Assembly (NCBI GenBank): GCA_002498925.1
Contig: DAJH01000040.1
Span: 1 to 43,805 of the forward strand
Reading direction: 5' to 3'
Length of the DNA stretch: 43,805 nucleotides
From: Euryarchaeota archaeon UBA173
Lineage (GTDB): Archaea > Thermoplasmatota > Poseidoniia > Poseidoniales > Thalassarchaeaceae
Part shown: positions 28,461 to 38,300 of the stretch, piece by piece
How the letters are laid out: every line of letters begins with the position of its first letter
Position numbering within the stretch: the stretch's first letter is position 1
Notes under the pieces: generated by a model
Seen by the model: only the letters and a program-made list of their open reading frames with translations
What the model was told of the DNA's origin: nothing
Database searches by the model: none
Translations under genes and position numbers: made by a program

Positions 28461-30517
28461 ATCTCGAGGTCAAAGTCAGAAGGAACTTCATCATCACTGC
28501 TGGAATCAACTCGATTACCGGTTTCACCAGGAACTTCCAATATTTCGTTATCTGGGTGAAGAATATCATCACCTGTGAGCTCATCTGCTATCCTCATCGC
28601 CTCCTGGATGTCGTCTTCTGTTTGTGCCTTATCCAAAATATTGCTCGCTTCACTGACAATCCTCCCATCCGGCGACTCAAGAGGTTTCTCGGAAACCCCT
28701 CCCGATTTTTCCATGAAGTTAGTTTTGAATTCTGAATGGGGCAAAATCGGACTTTCAATAACGCCTGTTTCTACGACTTCTTCTTTCTTAAATCGTGAAA
28801 TCCATTCCTCGGCCTTTCCAGTTTCAAGTCCCTTCGCCTCTCTGGGGTTTTCCATTTCCCTAGACCTGATCGATAATGCCTTCACCACTCCTGCCGTACC
28901 AATGACCACTACGACGATGATTAGGGAAATCTCTAGCCACTTATTCATCCATTTGACCACAATCTCTCTTATCCCATCTTCAACAGGGGGCGGATCATCA
29001 ATCTCCGCGCCAGGAATTATTGCCATTTCCGTGCCCGTGAATATTATTGATGGGTCCCTAGTTGACCTAACTTCTACTGTTAATATGGCCTGGGATTCTA
29101 TAGGGGCAACATCCGGAACTATCATCCAAGAAATGAAAGAAACAGATTCTCCAGATTGGACATCCAGCAGTTCGAAGGACCTAGGTGCACCGGAGCTCGA
29201 GTCAAAACTCGAACCGACCGGGGGTATGAAGCAGAAATCAGTAACTACGTTAGAATCAAGATTCGCAACTATCCCATCCGGGCCATTACCAGAATTCATT
29301 AAAGTCCAAGTTGAAGTCAAATTATTTCCTTCAACAATCTCCGAAGTTGCCATCTCTAAGGTCCAACTGAAGTAATCCCCAGAAACTATGGTGAATGATA
29401 CATATCCAGGGGACCAATCATCGACAATCAGTTGCACTGTAACATAAGCGGTCTTTCCAGACTCTGTTCCTTCAGCAACTGTTGCATTTATCGATATCCC
29501 GCCAACAGAGTTTCCTGGAGCTATTGTATAGCCACTCTCCGTGAAACCAATGTCGATCCACTCTTCCCCTCCAATCAGATTTAGGTCGAATCTCGAGACA
29601 ACGTCACCCGTATTTGAAATCTCCAAGACTATCTCACAGAATTCTCCGGGAGTAGTTTCTGAATCTGAACACCCATCGCCGGACTTCTCGATTTCCCCGC
29701 CAACCCTTGGAACTATGTTTACGCCTTGGACAGATTTGGATACCGAATCAGGGGATGCCTCGCTCCAAACTAACGCCTCGAAAAATAGAACTCCTTCGTT
29801 ATCCGATGGCGAGTCTATCTGAATTCTTGCCGCAACAGTCCCATTGGGTGGAACGTTTTCAAGTTGCCATCTGTCAATTACAGAAGCACTCCAACCATCA
29901 TAGGAGAAGAATAAATCCGATTGACCGACAGGTTCAGATTCGGAATCTAAGGGTATTATTTCCAGTTCCAAGTTCCTCCATGAGTTACCCTCATTCCTAA
30001 GTGTTATTTCGAAAATATCAGTACTTCCAGGCTCTATGGAAGAAACCCCCCCTCCCTCTACAATGGCCGCACCATCGAAGAATCCATACCTGAGTGAGAA
30101 GTTATACCAATCCGACGAAATATTATCCAATGATTGCACCATCATAGAAAATTGATGGAGGGATTCCGATAGGGGAAGCCCTCCCGAAACCGAAGGGGCC
30201 CCGATGGAAAAACCAACCCATGCCGTAGACTCTGGTGATAATTCGTAAAGATGCCCCAGGGATGGACTTTCCAGGTTGCTCCAAGAAATATTCCATCCCA
30301 CAGGGCCGGAAATTGAAACTATGGCGCCATCACTAAACTCCTCATTATTCGTGAAATTTACATTTATCCCTATCTCCGAGCCAGGATCAATGTCGAAGAT
30401 TGAACCAGACTCGACACCAAACGTAGTGCCTACCTCGTCTACAGCTTCTTGTGCCCCCGCGGTGAATGAAAATGATAGCACCACTAGTGCCACCAAAGGT
30501 AGAGTCCTCCCTCTCAC
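28457..30517 (-). CDS. Membrane-anchored surface protein with about 4 tandem Ig-like (NEW3/CARDB-like) domains
   Basis: GTG 30517 gives signal peptide MRGRTLPLVALVVLSFSFTAGA (track start 30604). Repeats VNFTNNE, ITLRNEGN, LEISNTGD and WTLMNSGN. TM ISLIIVVVVIGTAGVV and an acidic tail. ATGA overlap with rnhB. Confidence 0.8.
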   Translation of the reverse strand: MRGRTLPLVALVVLSFSFTAGAQEAVDEVGTTFGVESGSIFDIDPGSEIGINVNFTNNEEFSDGAIVSISGPVGWNISWSNLESPSLGHLYELSPESTAWVGFSIGAPSVSGGLPLSESLHQFSMMVQSLDNISSDWYNFSLRYGFFDGAAIVEGGGVSSIEPGSTDIFEITLRNEGNSWRNLELEIIPLDSESEPVGQSDLFFSYDGWSASVIDRWQLENVPPNGTVAARIQIDSPSDNEGVLFFEALVWSEASPDSVSKSVQGVNIVPRVGGEIEKSGDGCSDSETTPGEFCEIVLEISNTGDVVSRFDLNLIGGEEWIDIGFTESGYTIAPGNSVGGISINATVAEGTESGKTAYVTVQLIVDDWSPGYVSFTIVSGDYFSWTLEMATSEIVEGNNLTSTWTLMNSGNGPDGIVANLDSNVVTDFCFIPPVGSSFDSSSGAPRSFELLDVQSGESVSFISWMIVPDVAPIESQAILTVEVRSTRDPSIIFTGTEMAIIPGAEIDDPPPVEDGIREIVVKWMNKWLEISLIIVVVVIGTAGVVKALSIRSREMENPREAKGLETGKAEEWISRFKKEEVVETGVIESPILPHSEFKTNFMEKSGGVSEKPLESPDGRIVSEASNILDKAQTEDDIQEAMRIADELTGDDILHPDNEILEVPGETGNRVDSSSDDEVPSDFDLEI

Positions 30518-30606
30518 AAACACCCCTAGATGCCGAGTGATTTCATTCCTGCCCCCATATGGCCCATTTACGGAGCATTCATGAGGTTGGGTGCCGTTCG
30601 CCAATC

Positions 30607-30792
30607 ATGACACCGGTATGGCCGTTCTCCAGAAAGAAATCCAAACCGCGCAAGGTAAAGCCAATCGAGGACAAGCCCGTCGTCAACTATGAGCGTCCGT
30701 CAGAAGACGATCAAAAGAGTAAGTTGGAAGACAGAAGCCACCTCGAAGACAAGGACTTCCTTGATGCGATGGCTCTTCTAGAGGACAAGTAA
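30607..30792 (+). CDS. Small charged hypothetical protein (about 61 aa)
   Basis: Fills the gap between two minus-strand genes. MTPVWPFSRKK basic N-terminus and acidic helical C-terminus. Confidence 0.55.
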   Translation: MTPVWPFSRKKSKPRKVKPIEDKPVVNYERPSEDDQKSKLEDRSHLEDKDFLDAMALLEDK

Positions 30793-30802
30793 TTGTTGTA
30801 AC

Positions 30803-32557
30803 TTAGAGAACAGGGTCGGGTATTGCCCTGGCTAGCTTTTCAACATCAAACTCACCGGCGTGTATTGGTGATTTTAATCCAAATTCATTGGAGACTCCGG
30901 GATCTATCTCGCCGAATTGCCCTACCTCCACTCCATCGATAATTACCCGGGCCCCCCTTCCAACTATCCAAGGCCCATCTCCCGCATCCATCGGCAGATA
31001 TTCGATCAGATCCAAGGCCCCGCCCAAATCTCTGACTAATGCCTGTGTGATGCCCTTCGCAGAAGCGAATCCACCACCAACCTCAGCACACGCCCAAGAA
31101 GCACTCGTCCTATTCTTCGAATCGCGGACTACCTCGCCTAGCTCGTAAACCCTCTGCGGTAACTCGTGATGCCTATTGGAAGAGAGTAATCTGAGTAGGG
31201 ATGGCAGGATGAATTGACGCATCATGGTGTGATCCATCGTAATGGGATTGGAAATTATTGAAGATCCCCCTCTTTCTTTCCACCTCATAATCTCAAATTG
31301 ATCTCTTTTATTGGACAGAGTGAGGCTCTGAGTCTCTTGTAGTCCAACCGCTCTGAAGCTGGCCCTGATCCTGCGATTAATTTGAGAAGAAGGAAGTGGC
31401 ACAGCATCAATGTGTACGGAAGACAACCTCTGGGGGAGATTGCCGTAGCCGAATCCTATGGCAATGTCCTCGATAATATCTACTGGATGCATAATGTCAC
31501 TACGCCACCTCGGCATTGAGATGATGTGTTCCTTCTCACCCACAACACAATCTGCCCATCTCTCGGATCTTTCAGAACCCTCCGTGACAGTCCTAGTCTC
31601 AATCAACTCTCCGCCCATCTTCGAAATAGATTCAGAAATCTCAGCTTCTCCTAACTTAATTCCAAGTATCTTCTCCACTAGTTTTCCAGGGACTCTGTGA
31701 CTCTTTTTGTCGAAATTGGGTGTGATAATCACATCACTGTTCCACCCCGATATTTCGACGCTCTCCACCTTGCCACCCAATTCTGAAAGAGACAGACAAA
31801 CCAGTAATAGGCATGCCTCACAAGCGCGGGCATCGGTTCCTGTGACATCTATGAAGAAGTCAGTAGTGCCCTCGTTTACAGTGGTGTTATCTCCATTAAT
31901 TATTGGGGGAAATGAGAGGATATCATCGTTCGAATCAACGATGATTGGGAAACGACTCATTCCATCCATTAGGTGGGCGTATTCTATTCCCTTGGGATGC
32001 TGTGTAAGGACCTCCGAGATGCTCATTTCATTTTCCGAAGCTAGCGGCACGAATGAGTATCCATCGTCCACAGTTTCATATCGGAATGGTGGCTGTAGTT
32101 TAGATAGGTCATGAACACCTATCGACGATAGAGACCTCTTCCTGCCCAGTGTGAGGTGCAACTTCTCTTGATGGTCCATTATTGATTGAATGAATGCATC
32201 TTTCTCAGAGTCATTTGATCCAGTGTCCACACCCCTCACCACTGCAGCAAAAATCACAGGCCTAACATCCTCCAGGGATTTGTCAACATCAATCTTTATT
32301 CCACTACTAATCACTTCAACGTCACTTACTGTGTCATGAGCACCCATGAATGAGCGAGCAGCCCTAGCCATTGTTTCGTGACCAAGTAAGTCTGGCCTGT
32401 CTGGAAAAACCTCAATTTCAATTTCTTCCTCATTGAATCCCTCTACTGGACAACCAATATCCGGAAGAAAGTCTGGCCATCTTTCTCTTTGGTGGTTGAA
32501 GTTGTTAATTCTCTGAATCCTCTCTATCACAGAATGCTGGAGGCTAATGGTCGGCAT
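30803..32557 (-). CDS. pheT: Phenylalanine--tRNA ligase beta subunit (archaeal type)
   Basis: MPTI, IEVFPDRPDLL, QEKLHLTLGRKR..SIGVHD, LSFPPIING, RSDIMHPVDIIEDIAIGFGY and ELPQRVYELG. Confidence 0.97.
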   Translation of the reverse strand: MPTISLQHSVIERIQRINNFNHQRERWPDFLPDIGCPVEGFNEEEIEIEVFPDRPDLLGHETMARAARSFMGAHDTVSDVEVISSGIKIDVDKSLEDVRPVIFAAVVRGVDTGSNDSEKDAFIQSIMDHQEKLHLTLGRKRSLSSIGVHDLSKLQPPFRYETVDDGYSFVPLASENEMSISEVLTQHPKGIEYAHLMDGMSRFPIIVDSNDDILSFPPIINGDNTTVNEGTTDFFIDVTGTDARACEACLLLVCLSLSELGGKVESVEISGWNSDVIITPNFDKKSHRVPGKLVEKILGIKLGEAEISESISKMGGELIETRTVTEGSERSERWADCVVGEKEHIISMPRWRSDIMHPVDIIEDIAIGFGYGNLPQRLSSVHIDAVPLPSSQINRRIRASFRAVGLQETQSLTLSNKRDQFEIMRWKERGGSSIISNPITMDHTMMRQFILPSLLRLLSSNRHHELPQRVYELGEVVRDSKNRTSASWACAEVGGGFASAKGITQALVRDLGGALDLIEYLPMDAGDGPWIVGRGARVIIDGVEVGQFGEIDPGVSNEFGLKSPIHAGEFDVEKLARAIPDPVL

Positions 32558-32566
32558 TACAAAACC

Positions 32567-34111
32567 TCAATTCCCAAGCCACATTGGTAAAGGCCTTTCG
32601 AATCCAACTAACCTAAGTCCGCTGATTGCGGCCGTATCCATATTCATAGCCCTGAGATTTCTTCTACTGAACATTGAAACCTGACTAACTCCAATTTCCT
32701 TCATCCATCCTCTAAATTCAGAACCCAGGTCGGAAAGATGTGCCGCCGCATCGCAATCATCAGGAATGGGTCCGACAATGAAGGAGCACCCAGCTGAAGC
32801 AGCTATTACTAGGTCTGCCGAGCTAGGTGCATTGTCGACCTCAATCGCTATGGCCCTGCCATGGGAGTTGAAGTCCATCGCCCTCGCTGCAAGGCCAATC
32901 CTAGGTAATGCTGATGCCGCCCTATTCCCCCCATAGGCTCCAGCATCCACTATGGCACCATCGAGATCTAATTCGGAAACGAGTCTGAATAAATGCTCCA
33001 CTCTTTCGACTCCATCCTTGAGGAAGACCAATGAAGCCTCATCCATCGTGCTGGTAAGAGATACAATCAAACCCTCTATTTCAGCATCATTCAGTGGGGG
33101 AAGGTCTGCAAGGTCCAGAATTAGCCCGGAACAATTCGAAAGGTCATCAACAGCATCCACAAGCTCACCCGTCCCAACAAGGAGGAGGTCACTACTTCGT
33201 GGGGACCCCTTCGCCATCGCAGGATGTTCAGAAGCCGAGGAATTCCCTAAAACTGCTCCATTGCCAGACTTGATTAGCCAAGGTATCGGTAATCGTATCC
33301 CCCCCTCATCGCCTCCAACTGGAAGTATATTCACACCACTATCGATATGGGCATGTTCTGGTAGCCTATCTGTAGCTGAGGGGAATATTCCTATGTTCTC
33401 AAAACCTTCAGAAATGCTCCTTGTGGGGGCGGAGTCGACCTGAGCCCCCTCTCCATCAGCCACCAAAATCAATGCATCATCCCCTACAGAGAGCCCTAGT
33501 GGCTCCAATAATACGGAAAACTCCTCAATTTCTGAATCAGTAATGGATCTCATAGACGCCCCAGGGCCAGGAGGTGGACAGCTTCCCAAAATAACGATTT
33601 TTCCCCCTCTGATGCCAATACCGGGATTGGGTCCAGCAGAGCCCATAACGATCACAGTACCACCAGTCATCCCGGCTCCAACGTTGTCTCCAACATGCCC
33701 CCTGACAACCAACGAACCACCAGTCATCCCGGCTCCAGCCTCCCTTCCTGCCGAGCCATGCACAGTAATCGTCCCTCCAGACATGTGAAAACCCGCCCTA
33801 TCTCCAACATCACGCTCCACAACAGCTCTTCCGCTGCGTTGGAAAGCGCCCAACATCGAACCGCATCCACCTTCCAGTGTTAGTGAACCACCCCTGTTCA
33901 TTCCGCCAACACACTCTCCCAATTCTCCAAGAATCAGAACTCTTGACTTGGGAGGTAGGTGAGTGATGACCCCAAACTCTCCAGTACGGGGCTTTAGATC
34001 ACCGCCAGCACCATAACCAATCTTGATTAAACGATCTTTTTCCATCGCCTCAGGGAGCATTCTAGCAATGTCTCTGTTGAGCTTGAGGCTCTTCGCAGTC
34101 AAATCCCTCAT
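32567..34111 (-). CDS. GltB/FwdC GXGXG beta-helix fused to a degenerate glutamate-synthase FMN-type barrel
   Basis: About six 19-aa repeats (GECVGGMNRGG, GSMLGAFQRSG, GDRAGFHMSGG, GREAGAGMTGG, GDNVGAGMTGG, GPNPGIGIRGG). C-terminus SRRNLRAMNMDTAAISGLRLVG resembles GltB domain-2 ends. I prefer ATG 34111. Confidence 0.75.
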   Translation of the reverse strand: MRDLTAKSLKLNRDIARMLPEAMEKDRLIKIGYGAGGDLKPRTGEFGVITHLPPKSRVLILGELGECVGGMNRGGSLTLEGGCGSMLGAFQRSGRAVVERDVGDRAGFHMSGGTITVHGSAGREAGAGMTGGSLVVRGHVGDNVGAGMTGGTVIVMGSAGPNPGIGIRGGKIVILGSCPPPGPGASMRSITDSEIEEFSVLLEPLGLSVGDDALILVADGEGAQVDSAPTRSISEGFENIGIFPSATDRLPEHAHIDSGVNILPVGGDEGGIRLPIPWLIKSGNGAVLGNSSASEHPAMAKGSPRSSDLLLVGTGELVDAVDDLSNCSGLILDLADLPPLNDAEIEGLIVSLTSTMDEASLVFLKDGVERVEHLFRLVSELDLDGAIVDAGAYGGNRAASALPRIGLAARAMDFNSHGRAIAIEVDNAPSSADLVIAASAGCSFIVGPIPDDCDAAAHLSDLGSEFRGWMKEIGVSQVSMFSRRNLRAMNMDTAAISGLRLVGFERPLPMWLGN

Positions 34112-34261
34112 CGCACTCGACTCGTGACACGAGCAAGTGGTCTTCATTGTGACGGGCGTCTATGTGGCTGACACCTCATTTCATTTAATTGGCCAATCCG
34201 GCGAATGGGTATGTTGATAGAGGGAAGTCAGGGGCATCCAATCAAGGAGAGGTGGAATACT

Positions 34262-35302
34262 GTGGGAGTAATCAAGGTTGCAATTAATGGCTTTGGGACA
34301 ATTGGAAAGCGTGTCGCGGACGCCGTGGACGCACAAGATGACATGGAAGTAGTCGGCGTCACTAAGACGGGCCCATCGTTTGGATGCGATCTAGCAGTAA
34401 AGAAGGGATTCCCTCTTTACTGCACATTCGATGATGAAGAATCGATCTCCCGCTTTGGGATGAATGGTTATGAATGCTCAGGAGGGCTATCAGACCTACT
34501 CTCGGTCGCTGATGTGGTAGTTGACTGCGCTCCGGGAAAGTTGGGTGCCGACAATCTCTCAAAGTACAAGTCAGCTGGAATCAAATACATGTTCCAAGGG
34601 GGCGAAAAACATTCTCTCACGGGTCTTTCTTACACATCTTCCGCAAATCATGTCGAGAATCTTAACGCGCAGGGAACAAGGGTCGTTTCTTGCAATACCA
34701 CTGGACTTTCTCGCACCCTAGTTCCCCTTTTCGAACATTGCGGGTCGTTGAAAGTAGAATGCACAATGATTCGCAGAGCAGCTGATCCTGGAGATTCGAA
34801 CAGAGGCCCGATCAATGCGATAAAACCAGTACTCAAGGTCCCTAGTCATCACGGCCCAGATGTGATGACGGTCAAGCCAGAGATAGAAATCAACAGCCTT
34901 GCAGTAGCAGTTCCAACTACTATTATGCACGTTCACTCTATTATTGCCGATTTACCGCCCGGTCATGGACTCACAACGGAGTCGGTAATAGAACTCTGGA
35001 GTAACACCCCTCGGGTCATCATTATGAACGGCTCTGAACATAGGATTACTACTACTGCAGAGGTTATGGAGATGGCCCGAGATATTGGTAGAAAATGGGG
35101 CGATTTGCATGAAATTTTCGTATGGGAGGATGGTGTTAAGCTAGTCGGAGATCGTCTATATTATTTCCAAGCCATACACCAGGAAAGTGACGTCATTCCG
35201 GAGAATATTGATTGTATCCGAGCCCTAATGGGAACAGAGTCAGATTGGAGAAAGAGCGTAGAGATGACCGATTCAGCAATTTCCCGCTATTATGGCCTCT
35301 GA
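34262..35302 (+). CDS. gap: Glyceraldehyde-3-phosphate dehydrogenase, archaeal type II
   Basis: IKVAINGFGTIGKRVADAV, FQGGE, VVSCNTTGL (catalytic Cys), PSHHGPDV and QAIHQES..PENID. GTG 34262 follows SD-like GGAGAGGTG. Confidence 0.97.
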   Translation: MGVIKVAINGFGTIGKRVADAVDAQDDMEVVGVTKTGPSFGCDLAVKKGFPLYCTFDDEESISRFGMNGYECSGGLSDLLSVADVVVDCAPGKLGADNLSKYKSAGIKYMFQGGEKHSLTGLSYTSSANHVENLNAQGTRVVSCNTTGLSRTLVPLFEHCGSLKVECTMIRRAADPGDSNRGPINAIKPVLKVPSHHGPDVMTVKPEIEINSLAVAVPTTIMHVHSIIADLPPGHGLTTESVIELWSNTPRVIIMNGSEHRITTTAEVMEMARDIGRKWGDLHEIFVWEDGVKLVGDRLYYFQAIHQESDVIPENIDCIRALMGTESDWRKSVEMTDSAISRYYGL

Positions 35303-35388
35303 GGGGGGTTTTCTGACCTAGGATAATGACTCATTTTAGAATCAACTGTCGTTAACGGTCAAAAGTCAGGCTTGGGTCCGAAGGACCC

Positions 35389-38300
35389 ATGAACACAAGG
35401 AGAAAGTCCGTATTGGCACTGCTTCTCCTAATTTTCTCAACGTGGTCAGGGACGGCCGCTGCAGATGTTCAGGACGAGTTTTCAGAATCGCAGAGCACCT
35501 CATTTTGGGAAGGGGAATGGTCGCTTCTCGAAAATGCCGCGGAATCCGAATATCCGCTCAGGGAGTTTTCGGGTTTCGTACATTCGCCGCTTGGAACTTT
35601 TGACCCTCTCGTGGAGGCAATGCCCATTGGCCCGGACTGGCTGATGAATCCCGATAATCCGACAAATCCCAGAATGATGCTGGTTCAGTCCTTCACCTCT
35701 GATTTGACTCCCCTAATCAACGATCTAGAATCATCTGGTTTCAAAATTCTAGACTCTATTCCAGACGGCGTTTTGGTTGTCAGGCCACCGTCCGAGGGAA
35801 GCCATGTGGACTTCCTGGGAAAATCCCCTAATGTCAGATGGTTCAGTGAGATGCCTCACTCATGGAAAGTTTCATCCGAAATTTCCGATGTATCGCCCCC
35901 TGTGGATTTTCTCAATCTAGACGTGACTCCGGCATCGGATTTGTCGTTCGATGAAATATTGGAGCTCTCATGGCACCTTTCACAAATTTCTGAAAATTAC
36001 GGTCGGGACGAAATTTGTGACTCAAGTCTATGTCAGTTAAGGGGGGTGAGTCCGGATTGGCTCGCACCACTGGCATTGGACTGGAGGGTGCTGAGCATAC
36101 AAACCTCCAGCGTATTGACTATTCACAATAGCAACGCGTGGGCGATTTCCGGTCTCGAAGGGGCCTATCTCGAAAGTGGAAATTCTCTGAATGGATCAGG
36201 AGAGGTCCTAGCGATATCAGACACAGGTTTGGACGAAGATCATGGTGACTTTAATGGCAGGGTAAGGGGGATTTACGATCAGTTTGGGCCAGATAACAGC
36301 CATTCTGATATGAATAGCGGTCATGGCACTCATGTCGCAGCCACTCTTCTAGGCGACGGTTCTGGTGATACTGCATCTAAGGGAATGGTCCCCGATGCCA
36401 CATTCCACTTCTATCAGCTAGAGGCCGACAACTCAGGATTTCTTGCTAGGTGGGGTTCACTTTACGAGATGTTCACCCACTCATGGGACCAAGGAGCTAG
36501 GATTCAGACCAATAGTTGGGGCAACACAAATCTAGTCGGAGAGTACTCCTCGGATTCTCGTTCTGTAGATGATTTCATCTATGACTATCCACGTTTCCTA
36601 GCACTATTCTCAGCGGGTGATCTTGGTCCGAACCCCAACTCAGTTACCCCCCCGGGTACCGCAAAGAATGCACTGACCGTCGGGGCCTCAACCACAGGCG
36701 CCTACTCTAGTGTCCCGGAAGGATCGGTGTCCGAAACTTCATCTTCGGGGACTACCTTAGACGGGAGGATAAAGCCCGACATCGTGGCTCCTGGGGTGAT
36801 GATTTGCTCTGCTAGAGCGGAGGAAGCACAGTACGCAAGTGGCAGCTCATGTTCGACAGCCACCCATAATGATGGGACGACCCCGCTCTATATGGCCCTG
36901 AATGGATCATCCATGGCTACTCCCGTCGCCGCTGGCGCAGCTGCGATGACCAGGCAGTACCTAAGGGAATCAGAGGGAATTAGCGAACCACGCTCCGACC
37001 TAATCAGGGCCATTCTCATAAATGGGGCCGAGGATATTGGAAATCCCGACATTCCAAACGCACTTGAGGGATGGGGGCAACTGGATCTGCAACAGAGTTT
37101 GTATCCATCTGGCACTTTCAATGATGACATCATGGGAAGCTCAGAGGGGAGCTTGAATTTATTCTATGACGACTCCAGACAACTCCTGCCAGGTCACAGT
37201 TTCGCCTACACATTTGAGATGTCCAGCGATGCCATGGGCGGGCTTGATGTCACATTGGTATGGAACGACAGAGAGGGATCAGCAATTGCTAACCAGAGCG
37301 CTCCTCGCTTGGTCAATGACCTTGACCTCAGAATAACTGCTCCAAATGGCTCAGTATACATTGGAAACAGCTTCTCTGCTGGATTCAGCATTATGGGGGG
37401 TGGGAATGAGGACAGGCTGAACAATGTCGAGAGAATCAGACTGCCCTCGGGGGTCAGCGATATTATCGAAACGTGGACCGTTGAAGTGGGTCATGCCGGC
37501 GGTTACCTGCAGGATTACTCCCTAGTTATATCGGCCAGTGCGTCAGAGGTTGAGAAAGCAGACCTTGCGGTCTTCGAGGGTTCCCTGACAACATCAGTCG
37601 ATAGCCCTCTCCAGGGCGACACCCTCCTAATAGAGGCGGCTTGGGGCAACAGGGCCGCAGCACCCTCCGGCAATTACAAAGTTGAGATTGAAGATCTAAC
37701 CACGGGGACTATCATTCACACCTCCAGCAGGCCTTCACTAAGCGGCGGAGGCCTAGACTCCCTCTCATTCCCCCACTCATTCTCATCCACTGGTGCGCAC
37801 CTTCTCGAGCTAAGATTGGATTCAGACTCCGAAGTTGAAGAACTCAACGATGAGATATCCGGAATTGATAACAATAAGGTCGTAATATCAGTGACCGTTT
37901 CTCAGATAGGGGTCAGAGTCACGCCCTTGATGGAAGATGGTAACTTACCTCAAAACCCCTCGCAAATGGAACAGGCCATGAAGAGGACGCTAGATCCTCG
38001 AACAGGGAGCTCAATATATTTCGACCTAGAGTTAAGGAACGAGGGAACATCCCCTATTTCTGTCAGGTTAAGCGTTTCACCCGTACAGATTGTTTCGGAG
38101 AATGGAATATTACAACAGCCTTCGGATGAATGGTGGAAACTACTCAATGAAACAGGCCCCTGGGAACTATCCCCACTTGGGGAGGAAGGAGATAGGGTAA
38201 TCGTCCAGTTGAATCTCACCGATGTAGATACGGATATCGACAATCCATCGGGCGCTGTTTACGCTCTACCTGGTACATTTGTAACGGATCTAAATCTCTA

